A stretch of 64,000 nt of DNA from Mobula hypostoma (lineage: Eukaryota): contig NC_086097.1 of assembly GCF_963921235.1 (NCBI RefSeq), forward strand, positions 220,474,001 through 220,538,000, given 5' to 3'. Below the pieces are notes generated by a model. The model was not told the origin of the DNA. It searched no databases and worked only from the letters and a program-made list of their open reading frames with translations. Positions 39,800 through 53,225 of this stretch are shown piece by piece. The translations under genes and the position numbers were made by a program. How positions within the stretch are numbered: the first letter of the stretch is position 1; every line of letters begins with the position of its first letter.

Positions 39800-40545
39800 C
39801 AGCCTCCAATTGCCCTGGGCTCCTTCATTTTTTCACCTATATCCCGTCCTTAGTAACATCATTGGAAAATACAACATTGCATGCCATGTTTACCTTGATG
39901 ATACCCAGCACCATCTCACCACATCTTTCCTCCTGTCATTAGCTTGACACATTGCTTGACCAATATTTAGTACTGATGTTTTCAGCCCAGGATGAATAAA
40001 AACTTTCTCTATAATCAATCAAACCATTCCCTTCTACACAGCCCATAACTATCCATTTTCTTTCATCCACGTTCATATCAAAGAGTCCCTTAAACGTCCC
40101 TAATGTATCAGCCTCTAATGCCACCCCAAACAGTGGGCTGCAGGCATTTGCCACTCTCTGTGTAAAAGGCCGACCTCTAGCATCAACATATTCTACTGAG
40201 ATTGGCAACTATGCTTTTGTCACCACTAGACTGGAACATCTAACAAATGGCATGCTTAGTTCGTCATCTTCCACTTTACATAAACCTCAGCTCATTCAAA
40301 ACTTGCTGCCCATAGCTCACTCCACGTTATGTGCACTCATTCCCCTGTGCTCAATGGCCTCTGCAAGCTCTGAGCCAGGCAACTTTAAAATACTCATTCC
40401 TGTCTTTTAGTCCCCTCCCAAATGCACTTCTTCTCCACCTTTCTAACTCCTGTAGCCATCCAGTCCTCTGTGCTCCTTCAATTCTGACATGTTGCACAAC
40501 ACAAACTTTAATCTCGTTACCATTACAGGCCAAGCCTTCAGTTAA
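39800..40545 (+). mobile_element. Ancient L2 LINE fragments, with a minus-strand CR1 tail inserted at ~39990-40175
   Basis: LSNIIGKYNIACHVYLDDTQHHL resembles the L2 RT HxYADDTQLY motif; an L2-like C-terminal region follows. Confidence 0.6.
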
Positions 40546-41008
40546 AAAACACTAAAAACACTAAAAGCATCAGGACTCACGTATTCTTGATCTCTGCTTT
40601 GTCATTCAATATCAGGGTTGGTATTTTGTAGTCAGGAAATGTGTTTCAGAAAGCCAGACATATATATACTTATATACATACACACACTACCCTTTGAATG
40701 AAGGCTTTTCTTATTACCTCAGTCCTGAAAGGCTGGCCTCTGCCATTCAAGTGTGCCCAGTCTTAATTTCTCAAGGACCTCCCACATTCCAGGAATTAAT
40801 CTGGTGGACCTTCATACAGTAAGACAGCAGAGACCTTTGGCCTAACTAGTCCATGGCGCCTACAGCATTCATCCTGCTCGTCCCAGTTGCCCACGTTCGG
40901 CCCATAACCCTGTGGGTCCGTCAACGTTTTATAACCCTCAATGACCACTTCCTCTGGCAGCTCATTCCAGGAACTCACTAACTCAAGGTTATCTCTCAGG
41001 TCTCTTTT

Positions 41009-41682
41009 AACTCCAGGGGAGGAGGAGAAGATGGCAGCGCAACGCAACTTGCACAGCCACTCTGGTGAATGATATCAGTAATCTGTCAAGTAGGGTGCCG
41101 TGCACAATCCTGATTTGATGGAGACAGACACGAGAGAATGGAGGAACATCTGGAGAAACTTCTGAAATGTCTTTTTCGCTGCCGCTGTTGCTGTGTGGTC
41201 CGGAATCTCCAGAGGGGAAGGCCCCAAGTCCTCGGCTTTGCTTGTTGCTTGGCGGCCAGGACCGGGGTCGAAGCGCTCAGCAGAGATGGTGCTCAGTGTC
41301 GAAGGGCTGGTCAGAGCCTTGAAGTTTTCGGATGGACTCAGAGTTGGCTGTGGTCGGGTGCTTCCAGTGCATCGACAGTTGTTGGTGCCTGGAGGTTCTC
41401 CCCTCTGCCGCCTGCTATCGGGCTGTATTGGGGGTTGATCGGAACTTTGAGACTTTTTTTTTAACCGTTCCCATGGTCTGCTCTTTATCAAATTATGGTA
41501 TTGCTTTGCACTACTGTAACTTATAATTATGTGGCCTTGTCAGCGTTAGTCTTTGGTTTGTCCTGTTTTTTTTGTGATATCACTCTGGAGGAAAATTGTA
41601 TCATTTCTTAATACATGCATGCATTTCTAAATGACAATAAACGAGGACTGAGTGTCCTCATAAACGAATCTAATCTAAAAAA
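41009..41682 (+). mobile_element. Non-autonomous LINE-derived retroelement (SINE-like), possible TSD TCTCTTTT
   Basis: GC/CpG-rich head GGAGAAGATGGCAGCG; 3' AATAAA, hairpin GAGGAC-TGAGT-GTCCTC and (AATCT)n tail; TCTCTTTT at 41001-41008 and 41683-41690. Confidence 0.65.
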
Positions 41683-42244
41683 TCTCTTTTCTTATATCAT
41701 TGCATTCATTCTGTACACAATATTGCAGGTGTGGTCTTACCAGGGCCCTACATAACCGCAGTAAGATGTCTTTACTCTTGTACCCAAATCCTCTTGCAGT
41801 GATAGCTACACATGGTTCATGTTCCTAATTATTTGCTGTCCCTGTAGATTAACATTCAGTGATTTTTGTTCAAGGTCAGCCTGATCCCTTCGCACCAACA
41901 TCTTTCAAATCTCACATTTTTATTTTTTCTACCATGACCTTGCATTTTTCTACCTGTTCATTTAACCTAATTATATAGACCCAAACTAAACAAATGTTTC
42001 AGTCTAAGACCCAATGAAGCATTTTCTGTCTTTATTTCATATTTCCAGTATCTGCATTTTTTTCCCCCAATTTATATACCCCTGAAGCCTCTTGGTATCC
42101 TCTTCATAATTCACACTAGCACCCAACATAAAAACCACAACTGTGGAAACAACCAGTAGGTCAGGGTACAACTGTGAGAAGAGAAACAGCTACAGTTAAA
42201 AGACTAACGCATAAATCATGTCAAAGTTCAACAATATGAATGAC

Positions 42245-43460
42245 AAAGAAAGTGGCAGATGGAATATAGTGTAGGAAAGTGCATGGTTATGCACTTTGGT
42301 AGAAGGAATAAAACATAAACTATTTTCAAAATGGAGAGAAAATTCAGAAAAAGGAGGTTAAAAGAGACTTTGGAGTCCTCATGCAGGATACCCTAAATGT
42401 TAACCTGCAGATTGACTTGGTGGTAGGGAAGGCAAATGCAATGTTAGCATTCATTTTGAGAGGACTAGAATACAAAAGCAAAGATGTAATGCTGAGGCTC
42501 TATAGGGCATTGGTCAGAATGCACTTGGAGGATTGGGAGCAATTTTGGGACCCTTATCCAAGAAAAGATGTGCTGGTATTGGAGAAGGTTCAGAAGAGGT
42601 TCATGGCAACGATTCTGGGAATGAAAGGCTATGAGCAATATGTATGAAGGGAGGGAGGCAGAAAATAGGCCAGCCAGTTTGCCTTCAGTGGTTGGGAAGA
42701 TGTAAAAGTCCATTATTAAGGACAAAGTTTCGGGGTACTTGGATGCACATGTTAAAATAGGCCAAAGTCAGCATGGCTTCCTTAAGGAGAAATCTTGCCC
42801 AACAAATCTGGAGGAATTCTTTAAAGAAATAACAGGCAAGATAGACAAAGGAGAGTCAGTGGATGTTATTTACTTGGATTTTCTGAAGGCCATTGACAAG
42901 GTGCCACACATGAGGCTGTTAACAAGAGCTCATGTTATGGCAGGAAAGATATTAGCATGGATAGAAGATTGGCTGACTGGCAGAAGGCAAAGCGTGGGAG
43001 TAAAGAGGGCTTTTTCTGGTTGGCAGCCAGTGACTACTGGTGTTCAGACCATGTCTTTTCATGTTATATGTCAATGACTTGGATGATGGAATTAATGGGT
43101 TTGTGGTCATATTTATGGACAATATGGAGATAGGTAGAGGGACAAGTACCTATAGGTACAAGGTAGGTAGCAGGGAGTCTGCAGAAGAAGTGGCAGATGG
43201 AATATGGTATATCGAAGTGTATGGTCATGCACTTCGGTAGGATTATTTTCTAAATGGGGAGAAAACTCAAAAATCAAAGATACAAAGTGACTTGGGAGGC
43301 CATGCCATTGGCTATATTTAAGGTTGATATGTTCTTGATTAATTAGGGTGTCAAAGGTTATGAGGAGAAGGCAAGAAAATGGAGTTGAGAAGGAGAATAA
43401 GTCAGCCATGATGGAATAGTGGAGCAGAATCAATGGGCCGAATGGCCTAAATACACCCTT
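42245..43460 (+). mobile_element. Two adjacent or rearranged CR1 fragments
   Basis: A post-RT segment (ORF 42381..42647) precedes an RT N-terminal segment (ORF 42739..43077); tail TCTTATGATCTTATG. Confidence 0.8.
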
Positions 43461-43879
43461 GTCTTATGATCTTATGGAATATTAGCTGTTTTTTTTTCCC
43501 CACAGATGCAGCCTGGCCTGCTTAGTGTTTCCATTTTTTTTAAATTTTAAATTTCTATCATTTGCAGATATTTTGATTTTTCAACCTGGCACCCAGTTTT
43601 ATACCAATACCAAACCTGGATATGTTATATTTGGACCCTCATCTAGTTAATTGATGTAGATTGTGAACAGCAGGTACCCACCCCTCATAACAGGTTCCCA
43701 ATCCAAAACTGACTCATTTATTCCTACTTTGTTTTTTGTTAACCATTAACCAATCTTCAATCTAGACTAGCATATTATCAAAAATACCTCATGTCCTAAT
43801 TTTGTTTAAATCACTTCTTATGTGGTATCTTTTGTGTGTGTTGCTTTGCAGGAATCTCTCGTGTGTATAGTTTGCCAGC

Positions 43880-44758
43880 TCCCCTCGGAAGTGGCAAGCG
43901 AACAGAAACAGAAAGACTGGAATAAATGGAGATGAGGCTGAGTGCAGGGCTACGGTAGGAAACTTTGTCACATGGCATGAGCAGAATTATCTGCAGCTTA
44001 ATGTGGAAAAGACTAAGGAGCTGGTGGTAGACCTGAGGAGAGCTAAGGTACCGGTGACCCCTGTTTCCATCCAGGGGGTCAGTGTGGACATGGTGGAGGA
44101 TTACAAATACCTGGGGATACGAATTGACAATAAACTGGACTGGTCAAAGAACACTGAGGCTGTCTACAAGAAGGGTCAGAGCCATCTCTATTTCCTGAGG
44201 AGACTGAGGTCCTTTAACATCTGCCGGACGATGCTGAGGATGTTCTACCAGTCTGTGGTGGCCAGTGCTATCATGTCTGCTGTTATGTGCTGGGGCAGCA
44301 GGCTGAGGATGGGAGACACCATAGAATCAACAAACTCATTCGTAAGGCTGGTGATGTTGTGGGGATGGAATTGAACTCTCTCACGGTGGTGTCTGAAAAG
44401 AGGATGCTGTCTAAGTTGCATGCCATCTTGGTCAATGTCTCCCATCCACTACATAATGTACTGGTTGGGCACAGGAGTACATTCAGCCAGAGACTCATTC
44501 CACCGAGATGCAGCACAGAGCGTCATAGGAAGTCATTCCTGCCTGTGGCCATCAAACTTTACAACTCCTCCCTTGGAGGGTCAGACACCCTGAGCCAATA
44601 GGCTGGTCCTGGACTTATTTCATAATTTACTGGCATAATTTACATATTACTATTTAACTATTTATGGTTCTATTACTATTATTTATGGAGCAACTGTAAT
44701 GAAAACCAATTTCCTCCGGGATTAATAAAGTTTGACTATGACCATCACTATGACTGTG
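43880..44758 (+). mobile_element. Rex1/Babar LINE 3' portion, fairly young
   Basis: KTKELVVDLRR..YKYLGIRIDNKLDW..LYFLRRLRSFN..RKSFLPVAIKLYN; GGGATTAATAAAG followed by a (GACTAT)-like tail. Confidence 0.92.
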
Positions 44759-46869
44759 ATAAATCCAGTATCCAATAAAGGAGAGCTGAGAAGTCAGGAA
44801 AGAGAAGGCAACCGATGGGGGGAGAAAAATATGAAACAGACAATGAGAACTTCATCAAGTACATTAAAAGTCAGAAAGATTTCAAAGCAAACAAAGATAT
44901 ATACCTGATTGCTAAGGAGGCTAAGAGTTCTGGGGCGAAGGTTGAAGAATGGGGTTATAAAAAGAAATCTGCAATGATCAAATGGTGAAACAGACTCAAT
45001 GGGTCAAAAGGCCTAATTCTGCTCCTATGTCTTATCAAAGGTCTTTTGAAGATCCAAATGCACAATATCCGCCCATGTCCCCTCATGTATTGTACTACCT
45101 CAAAATAGACCCAAAATTTTAACTTCTTCTATTAACCTTCCTTCTCTTTAGAATTCAACATTCCAACTAGAATTTTAATCACACAATTTCAATCTTCGTA
45201 GAGTTAGGTTATCAAATTGCATTTGATATTACTCCTTGGGATGTTTCAAAACGTTAAAAAAGCTGTACTAATGCAAGTTGTTGTGGAGGTGGCCACTCCT
45301 CCAAATGTCTTTCTTCCACTTGGCCTCAATTTTTGTCCAATCAAGCTTCTATACAGATCGCTGGGATTGTTTTCTATGTTATAATTATCCAGTTTCAAGC
45401 TTCTTGCTATTGTTCTTAGTCATACTTAAGTTACCTGAAAGTTAGCTTCTAAAGTTTACTCTGTGCGTGAATAAAATGTTTTTTTTTGGCACTGTTGAGG
45501 AGAGTTGGAATAACAAAGGTGGTAATAAAGCAAGAGAAGATTAAAGAGTTGGACCCTGAAAAGACTGACACACAAATTTTAAGTGAGCCCTAGGAGCCAG
45601 TGCCAGTCAGTATCAAAGGAGTGATGGATGAACAGTTCTGGATATAGTCCAGAAAAAAAAAAGCATTAGATGTGCTTAAATGTGTGAATGGTAGCGGATG
45701 GGAAAAGTGTGCAAATACCTGTACAGAGGTGAAGAAGATAGGGATGCTTATTTCAGCAAGACAGTGTCAGATGAGAGGGAAGAATCAGCTAATGATACGG
45801 ATGTGGTTGCAACAGTCATTGTGATGGAGAGCGTGAGATCTCAATTTCTGCCTTGGTCAACTCGGGAACCACGATTACGAAGGGTCTGGTTCAACCCTTG
45901 AAATGAATGAAGAGGGAGGAATTTGTGGCCTGTCTTCTGATTCGTCCCCCTCCTTACTGGTTATTTCTGTATTCAGTCAGTTTAGACAGGAAATCAACTG
46001 TGCACCTCTTGTGTCAGGGAAAGGCTGTCAGGTTCTAAGTATCACACAGGTAGTGGTTAAGTTTCCCAGAAATGGACTCCAAGGTGATAGATCAGAAAGC
46101 TACAAAGTATCTACTGCAAAGACTATAAGAAATGTGTACAAACACACATACTCAAAAGATCAACCATCTAATTGCTGCTTTTGACTCTTTGAAATCAATG
46201 AACAAAACATGACGACATACAAGGACAGTAAGTGCCACAAATATTCATCTGGCATTTAAGGTACACAAGGATATATTTTTAAAGCCAGTACATATTAATG
46301 GTATCTAAAACCCCAATCAGTTAGGCTATGTTATTGACATCTAAACATGTCTGATTTTAATCTTTAAATACAACATTAAAGGCCAAAAATTGTCAGAACT
46401 AAATAGACTATTTTATCATTGTTCTAACACCCATTAAAGCACTATCTGGTTACTGCCCTGAAATAACTTTCTATCACCAGCCCAATTTTCTGCTTCATTT
46501 TACGATAATTTTGGATAATCACTTGGCACTTCCAGAATTTGCACATCAGATGAGAAATCAGGGCTTTGTCACCACATAACTTTAAAATGTTATAGCCTTC
46601 AAATTACACTCAGATGACTAAATATTGTATGTAAAGAGCAATTTGTTCCCCTAGGGTTTTCTCCAGAGATTTCAGAGAACTTCTAAAATATCCATTCATA
46701 TGTCTCCCTAACCATTCTCTCCAAATTTCAATATTCTCAAACATCATCCCAATCAACCTCTGACAATTTAAATTTATCTTTTGCTCAAATCCCCTGTACC
46801 CCATTCCACTTGAAATCACCTTCTCCACCACCTCTCAAGCTCCATGAATGACCATGGCTTCCTTTCAAT

Positions 46870-47490
46870 ATCAAAAGTTCAAGAAGCTATGTTGCAACTT
46901 TATCAATCTCTGGTTAGGCCATATCTGAAGTATTGCATACATTTCTGGTCAAGTCACTACAAGAAGGATGTTGAGGCTTTGGAGAGGTTACAGAAGAGGT
47001 TCACCAGGGTGCTGCCCGGTTTAGAGGGCACGTGCTATCATGAGAGGCTGAACAAAACTTGGGTTGTTTTCTCCGAAGAGGCGGAGGCTCAGGGGAGACC
47101 TAATAGAGATTTACAAGGTTATGAGAGGCATAGATAGAGTAGACAGGGAGTATCTGTTTCCCAGGGTTGAAATATGTAATACCAGAGGGCATGCATTGAA
47201 GGTTAGAGGGAGTAAGTTCAAAGGAAATGTTGGGGGTAAGTCTTTTACTCAGAGAGTAGTGGATGCCTAGAATGCGCTGCCTGGTATGGTGATAGAGGCA
47301 AATACATTGGAGGCTTTTAAGAGACATTTGGATAGGCAAATGAATGTGAGGAAGGTGGAGGGATATGGACATTGTGTAGGTAGGAGGGGTTAGTGTTCGT
47401 GTGCATTTATTTTTTGCTTTTTAGCTGGTTCAGCACTACACTGAGGGCCAAAGGGTCTGTTCCTGGGCTGTGCTATTCTCTGCTCTATCA
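46870..47490 (+). mobile_element. CR1 3' portion
   Basis: LYQSLVRPYL, ALERLQKRFTR, RLRGDLIEIYK. Confidence 0.9.
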
Positions 47491-47607
47491 CTGTGAAACT
47501 ACCTGTTCCTGCTTCTCACAAATATTCTTAAACAGGAACTTCTCTTTCTAATTTACTTCTTATTCCCATCCTTATGTTTCAGAAGAATTTTCCAGCTGGT
47601 GTCTTGT

Positions 47608-48745
47608 CTTCATACTTCTTCATCCGGGTCATTTATAAAAATCACAAAGACGAGGGGTCCCAGAACAGATCCCCACGGAACACCACCCGTCACCGATCTC
47701 TGTGCAGAATACGAACCATCTACAGTCACCTTTTGCTTGCCCACAGAAGGCAAAGGGTGGTTGTAGATGGTTTGGATTCTGCATGGAGGTCGGTGACCCA
47801 TGGTGTTCCACAGGGATCTGTTCTGGGACCCCTCCTCTTTGTGATTATTATAAATTACCTGGATGAGGAAGTAGAAGGGTGGGTTAGTAAGTTTGCTGAT
47901 GACACAAAGGTTGGGGGCATTGTGGATAGTCTGGAGGGTTGTCAGAGGTTACAGCGGGACATCAATAGGACGCAGAACTGGGCTGAGAAGTGGCAGATGG
48001 ACTTCAAACCAGATAAGTGTGAAGTGGTTCATTTTGGTAGTTCTAATCTGAAGACAGAATATAATATAAATGGTAAGACTCTAGGCAGTGTGGAGGATCT
48101 GAGAGATCTTGGGGTCCGTGTCGATAGGCCACTCAAAGCTGCCGCACAGGTTGACAGTGTTGTTAAGAAGGCATATGGTGTGTTGGCATTCATCAACTGT
48201 GGGGTAATTTTACAGCTATACAAGACTTTGGTCAGACCCCACTTGGAGAACTCCGTTCAGTCTGGTCACCTCACTATAGAGAGAGTACAAAGGAGATTTA
48301 CAAGGATGTTGCCTGGATTGGAGGGTGTACCTTATGAGAATAGGTTGAGTGTACTTGGCCTTTTCTCCTTGGAGCAACGAAGGATGAGAGGTGACCTGAT
48401 AGTGGTGTATAAGATGATGAGGGGCAGTGATCGTGTGGATAGCCAGAGGGTCTTCCCAGGGCCGAAATGGATAACACGAGGGGGCATAGTTTTAAGGTGC
48501 TTGGTACCAAGGAGATGTTAGGTGCAAGTTTTTCCACACGGAGCGGTGGGTGCTTGGCAGCAGTGGTAGAAGCAGATACAATAGGGTCTTTTAAGAGCCT
48601 TCTAGATAGGTACATAGAGCTTAGAAATATATCAGGTTATGCACTAGGGAAATTCTGGGCAGTTTCTAGAGTAGGTTACATGGTCAGCACCACATTGTGG
48701 GCCGAAGGGCCTGTAATGCGCTGTAAATTTCTATGTTCAATGTTT
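47608..48745 (+). mobile_element. CR1 with a fold-back inverted duplication of its 5' end
   Basis: ORF 47574..48521 (GVPQGSVLGP, FADD); ~47611-47736 is an imperfect reverse complement of ~47750-47875. Confidence 0.88.
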
Positions 48746-50784
48746 ATAATTTTCAGTCACCCACTAACAAGCAGAAGATACCATGCCACCTGCATGGGTT
48801 AGTGAGTTGTTTCAATGTACGTGTGACAAATAAAGTTAGTTGGAGTTGAGGCAGAAGCTCTATCAGTTGCACTAGAGTGCTATCCCATTTCATTTTCATC
48901 TTTCCCATGTCACCAAGGGCTGATCTTCTTGCAGCCACCTTGGCTCAGAAACCAAACACTTAAAGGTGACAAACCATGATTGACCATCATATGTCAGTGG
49001 GTTATAAATTCCGTAACAAATTAATCCACTAACTTCCCTCAGAATCTTCTACAATATCCCCCAATCTACTCAGGAGATCACTGTCCTTTTCAACTACATA
49101 ACACTTCTAATTTCCCCCTTCCCCTCTAAGCAATCCAATGTACAAAGAGATAAAGACCAGCTTTACTTGTCACACATACATTGAAACATTCAGTGAAATG
49201 CAACATCTGTGTCAAATCAAAACAGCCCTTAAGTGTCGCCATGCTTCCAGTGCTGCCATAGCATGCCTACAGCTCACTAATCCTCAGCACATGTCTTTGG
49301 GACGATCAAGGGGAGCACCACAACACATAGGAACAGAATTAGGCCATTGGTGGCTCATCAAGTCTGCTCGGCAATTCCATCATGTCCCCCTAACCCCATT
49401 CTCCTGCCTTCCCTGCATAATCTTTAATGCCCCAAAATAAGATCACTGGACATAGGAGCAGAATTAGGCCACTCAGCCCATCAATTCGGCTATTTGTACC
49501 ATTAGTCAGAAAGTACCAACTCCTTACAAACAGTGGCAGGAAGCAAACCCCAATCTTACATGGACAGTGTTAACTGCTACATGTACAACAACACTCGACT
49601 TACCACTGACGCCCAACAAAGCTGCCTTTTCAAATTCCTTCTGTTCTGCACATGTTGTTGGATTTCCCAAGTCTTTATACCCAATAATTTTCTTGCAATT
49701 ACTGCAGAGTATCCTTCTCACCCTAACTGCGAAGCAGTCAACAACTTCATTGTCTTGTGTGGTCTGTTCAGAAGAGTTGTCCTCGGGAGTTCTATGCTCA
49801 CATCTAATGCAATTGCTTCCTTTTTTCCTGTTTCCAGCAGTTTACACAGTTCCACCTCCTGCCCCCAACCTCCTTTTCCTCATTAGATTCACATATTCCG
49901 TTCCTCACATAATTTGCAAACAGACAAAATTTACATCCGTAACATTATCCAGTTATATCTGGTTCCAGCCTATTAGATTTTACAACCACTTATTTATTCA
50001 GATTACAAAGTCACCGATGAGCTGAAACTTGCATCAACTGACTTTTGGGGAAATCAAAACAATTTTATTTCCTGAGAAACAGAGCATACTTCTCCTCCCT
50101 TCCCAGCAACTCATTACAGCAGATGGTGATCATCTGTCCTATAAAATACAGAACAGAGCAGTGAATGTCATATCTTAAAACAACTTGCATTTATCTCTAA
50201 AACACTGCCAGCTCCACACTCTCCTGTGTGGAGAGTTAACATGGTTTTGTTAACTCAAAACTTGCCTCCCAAAATCCTTTTCTTGCTGGCCTCTTAAACT
50301 TATTCCTGTAAAAATGCTATTTATTTTTGTTAAAATAGAGCTCTACCACCTCCTTATGCAGCCGCGTTTCAAAGATTCAAAGTACATTATTAAAGTATGC
50401 ATGCAGTATACAATTCAGAGATCTGTCTTCCCACAGTCAGCAATGAATCAAAGACAGCTATGGAACCTGTTCAAAAAAAAAAATCCACCCCTCCGTCCAA
50501 CAAGCAAAAAAAAAAATCACACAAATGGCAAAAAAATGAGCAAAAACAGAGAATATGAAACACCAACCCACAAAGTCATCATCGTAAAAATCCAAGCATA
50601 TTAATTTCAGCTCAGTTCAGTTCAATCTAGCGCTGTGTTGTTTGTTATCTGCTATAACTTCAGTTCTCACTGTTTTTCTTTGGCTCTCTGAATCCCAAAA
50701 CATTATCCTCAAAACTTCCTCCAGTCACAACCCACGAGACCACAGCTACTGATCTCCCAGAATTCCACAAGCAATGTCAAGACC

Positions 50785-51520
50785 CGTAACAGTATTGAGG
50801 AACAGAGGGATCATGGGGTCCAAGTTCATAGCTCCCTGAAAGTGGCTGCACAGGTTGACAGGGTGCTTAAGAAGGCATTTGGAATGCTTGCTTTTATTAG
50901 TTGAGGCATCAAGTTCAAAAGTCAGGAAGTTATGTTGCAGCTTTATAAAACTCTAGTTAGACCGCATCTGGAGTACGTTCAGGTTGTCCCATTACAGGAA
51001 GAATATCAAGGTTTTAGAGTGGAGGCAGAAGAGGTTTAACATGATGCTGCCTGGATTAGAGGGTCATGTGCTATAGCGAGAGTTTGGACAAACTTGGGTT
51101 GCTTTCTCTGGAGTGGAAGAGACTGAGGGGAGATCTGATAGAGGTTTATTAGATTATGAGAAGCATAGCCAAAATAGACAGAATCTTCTCCCCCATAGCT
51201 GAAATGTCTAAAATTAGAGGACATCCATTTAAGGTGAACAGGGCTAATTTCAAAGATGTGAGGGACAAGTTTTTTCCCCCCCACGCAGAGAGTGGTGCAT
51301 GCCTCAGTGCGCTGCCTGGTGCGGTGGTAGACGCAGTCACACTAGAAACTTTCAAGAGACATTTAGATAGACACAAGAATGTGTAGAAAATGGAAGGATA
51401 TGGACATTGTGTAGGCAGAGGGGATCAGTTTGGTTGGCCATCTGATTACTAATTTATTTGGTTCAGCACAACATTATGGGCTGAAAGGCCTGCTCCTGTG
51501 TTGTCCTGTTCTATGTTCTA
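50785..51520 (+). mobile_element. CR1 3' portion
   Basis: SLKVAAQVDRVLKKAFGMLAFI region; tail TGTTCTATGTTCTA. Confidence 0.88.
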
Positions 51521-52289
51521 AAACTGTTAGTTATCTCAAATGGTATTTTCTCTAAATCTTGACAATTTACATTATCATCAGTAAAAGAGACCAAAATATC
51601 TCCAGTTTTGTACTCTTCCCTAGATATCTTTAAGGGTTATGTTATGTCATGTTTTATGTCTCATCCTGGATTCTTGAATTCTAATATTTCTCTACTTTGC
51701 CACTACCCAAGGATTGACATCTCACCCCAAGTTCAACTTCCCTTGCCTTTAAAATATGTTAAAAGTCTCATGCTAAAGATGTGGTATCCCATACTGTGTA
51801 CACCACTATGGTCTTGATTGCATTGATTGTGCAATGTTATCAACGTTAAGAACCTCAAGTTCAACTCATGGACTGCTTAATGCTGCTGTTGTGAACATCC
51901 CAAGGAGATTCACAGCATTCCAAGTCTTCTCCAAGTTGCACTGCTTCTCACAGGAAAATAAAGCAAAACATGTTGCATCAAACTTCCCCTTGTAATGTTT
52001 CAACTCCTTTAACAAAACAGTTTCATACTTCTTTCAGTAAGTTCATCGCTGTAAATGCCATATCAAACCTGATACTTATTAAAACGGTGAATATTATTAC
52101 AAGCCAGCAATAAAGTAGCTGTTTTCCAACATGCCTTCTGGTTCTACTGACTAATCACAAAACAATTTCCTAATTCTCTAGACTTCATATAACTTAATGA
52201 AGCTATTCTGCAGTGTTTTTAAGATTTAGGGTACAAGTATTTGAATCTTTTCTCTAATCCATCTAATCCTGTAGACAAAAGCGACTGCA

Positions 52290-53225
52290 CATGCTACAAT
52301 CTGGAACACAGCAGGGTGCTGGAAGAATGGAAAAGGCAAGGCAGCTTCTGTGGAGGCAAATCCACATATCGGGGTGAATTCTGCATTAGGACTGAAAGCC
52401 TTGCCTCCAGCAGCAGTACAGTGCAGAAGTTTTGGAGCAGAAGGTCACATCTTAAAAACAGATCAGTGGAAATGGAGAAACTGAGGAATAAAAAAGAAAT
52501 GGTATTGTTAGGGGAGGCAGGGCAGGAGGAGATATAACTGAGGTGATTGCGAGAGTCTGTGAGTTATCGGGGATGTCAATGTTTCCTGAGCTGGAGACAG
52601 AATTCCAGAAAAGGAAGGAATTTTGTTAGAGATGGCAAGGTGACTTTTTGAGGAACACCAGCGCTTTGTCTGCAGGGGCCACCATGAGCTTCCAGTTACC
52701 TGCCATTTTAACTCTCCTTCACACTCCCACAGTGACCTGTCTGTCCCTAGCCTTCTCCATTGCTACGGACAGACCAAACACAAATTGGAAGACTTTACGC
52801 CCCGTACTCTGCTTGGATATCTTACAAACCAATGGTATGAAAACCGCATTTTCTAACTTCAGGCAACTCTCACCACTGGTGCTGTGCTCCCACATACTGA
52901 AAAATCAAAAAAAAAAATGGCCGACTTCTGCTCCTTTGTCTTATGGTCTAAAAACACTGGTAAAGTTTTGTGTGTCAGACAGCATCAGCAGAAGGAGAAA
53001 GAATAAACATTACAGATCTGAGATTCCTCATCAGGACTGAAGCACTAACCACAACTCATTTCACAGAATCTATCTGACTTGCTTAGTTTTTCTTGAGCAA
53101 TGCACACAAAATGCTGGCGGAACTCAGCAGGCCAGGCAGCATCTACGGGAGCGAGTACACAGCCGACATTTCAGACCGAGACCCTTCAGCAGGATTTCTA
53201 GCCACTGAAGATTTTCTCGTGTTAG
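52290..53225. mobile_element. Degenerate Penelope fragments in both orientations
   Basis: GIY-YIG C-terminal remnant on plus (LQTNGMKTAFSNF, ~52820-52860); minus pLTR pieces at ~52290-52400 and 53095-53225. Confidence 0.65.

Noticed and set aside
47574..48521. 315-aa ORF as a novel RT fusion protein
   Set aside because: Its N-terminus is antisense CR1 from the fold-back; the rest is decayed CR1 ORF2 with deletions.
49524..50025. Overlapping ORFs of 65-152 aa
   Set aside because: No recognisable domain or convincing splice context; cannot be supported without a search.
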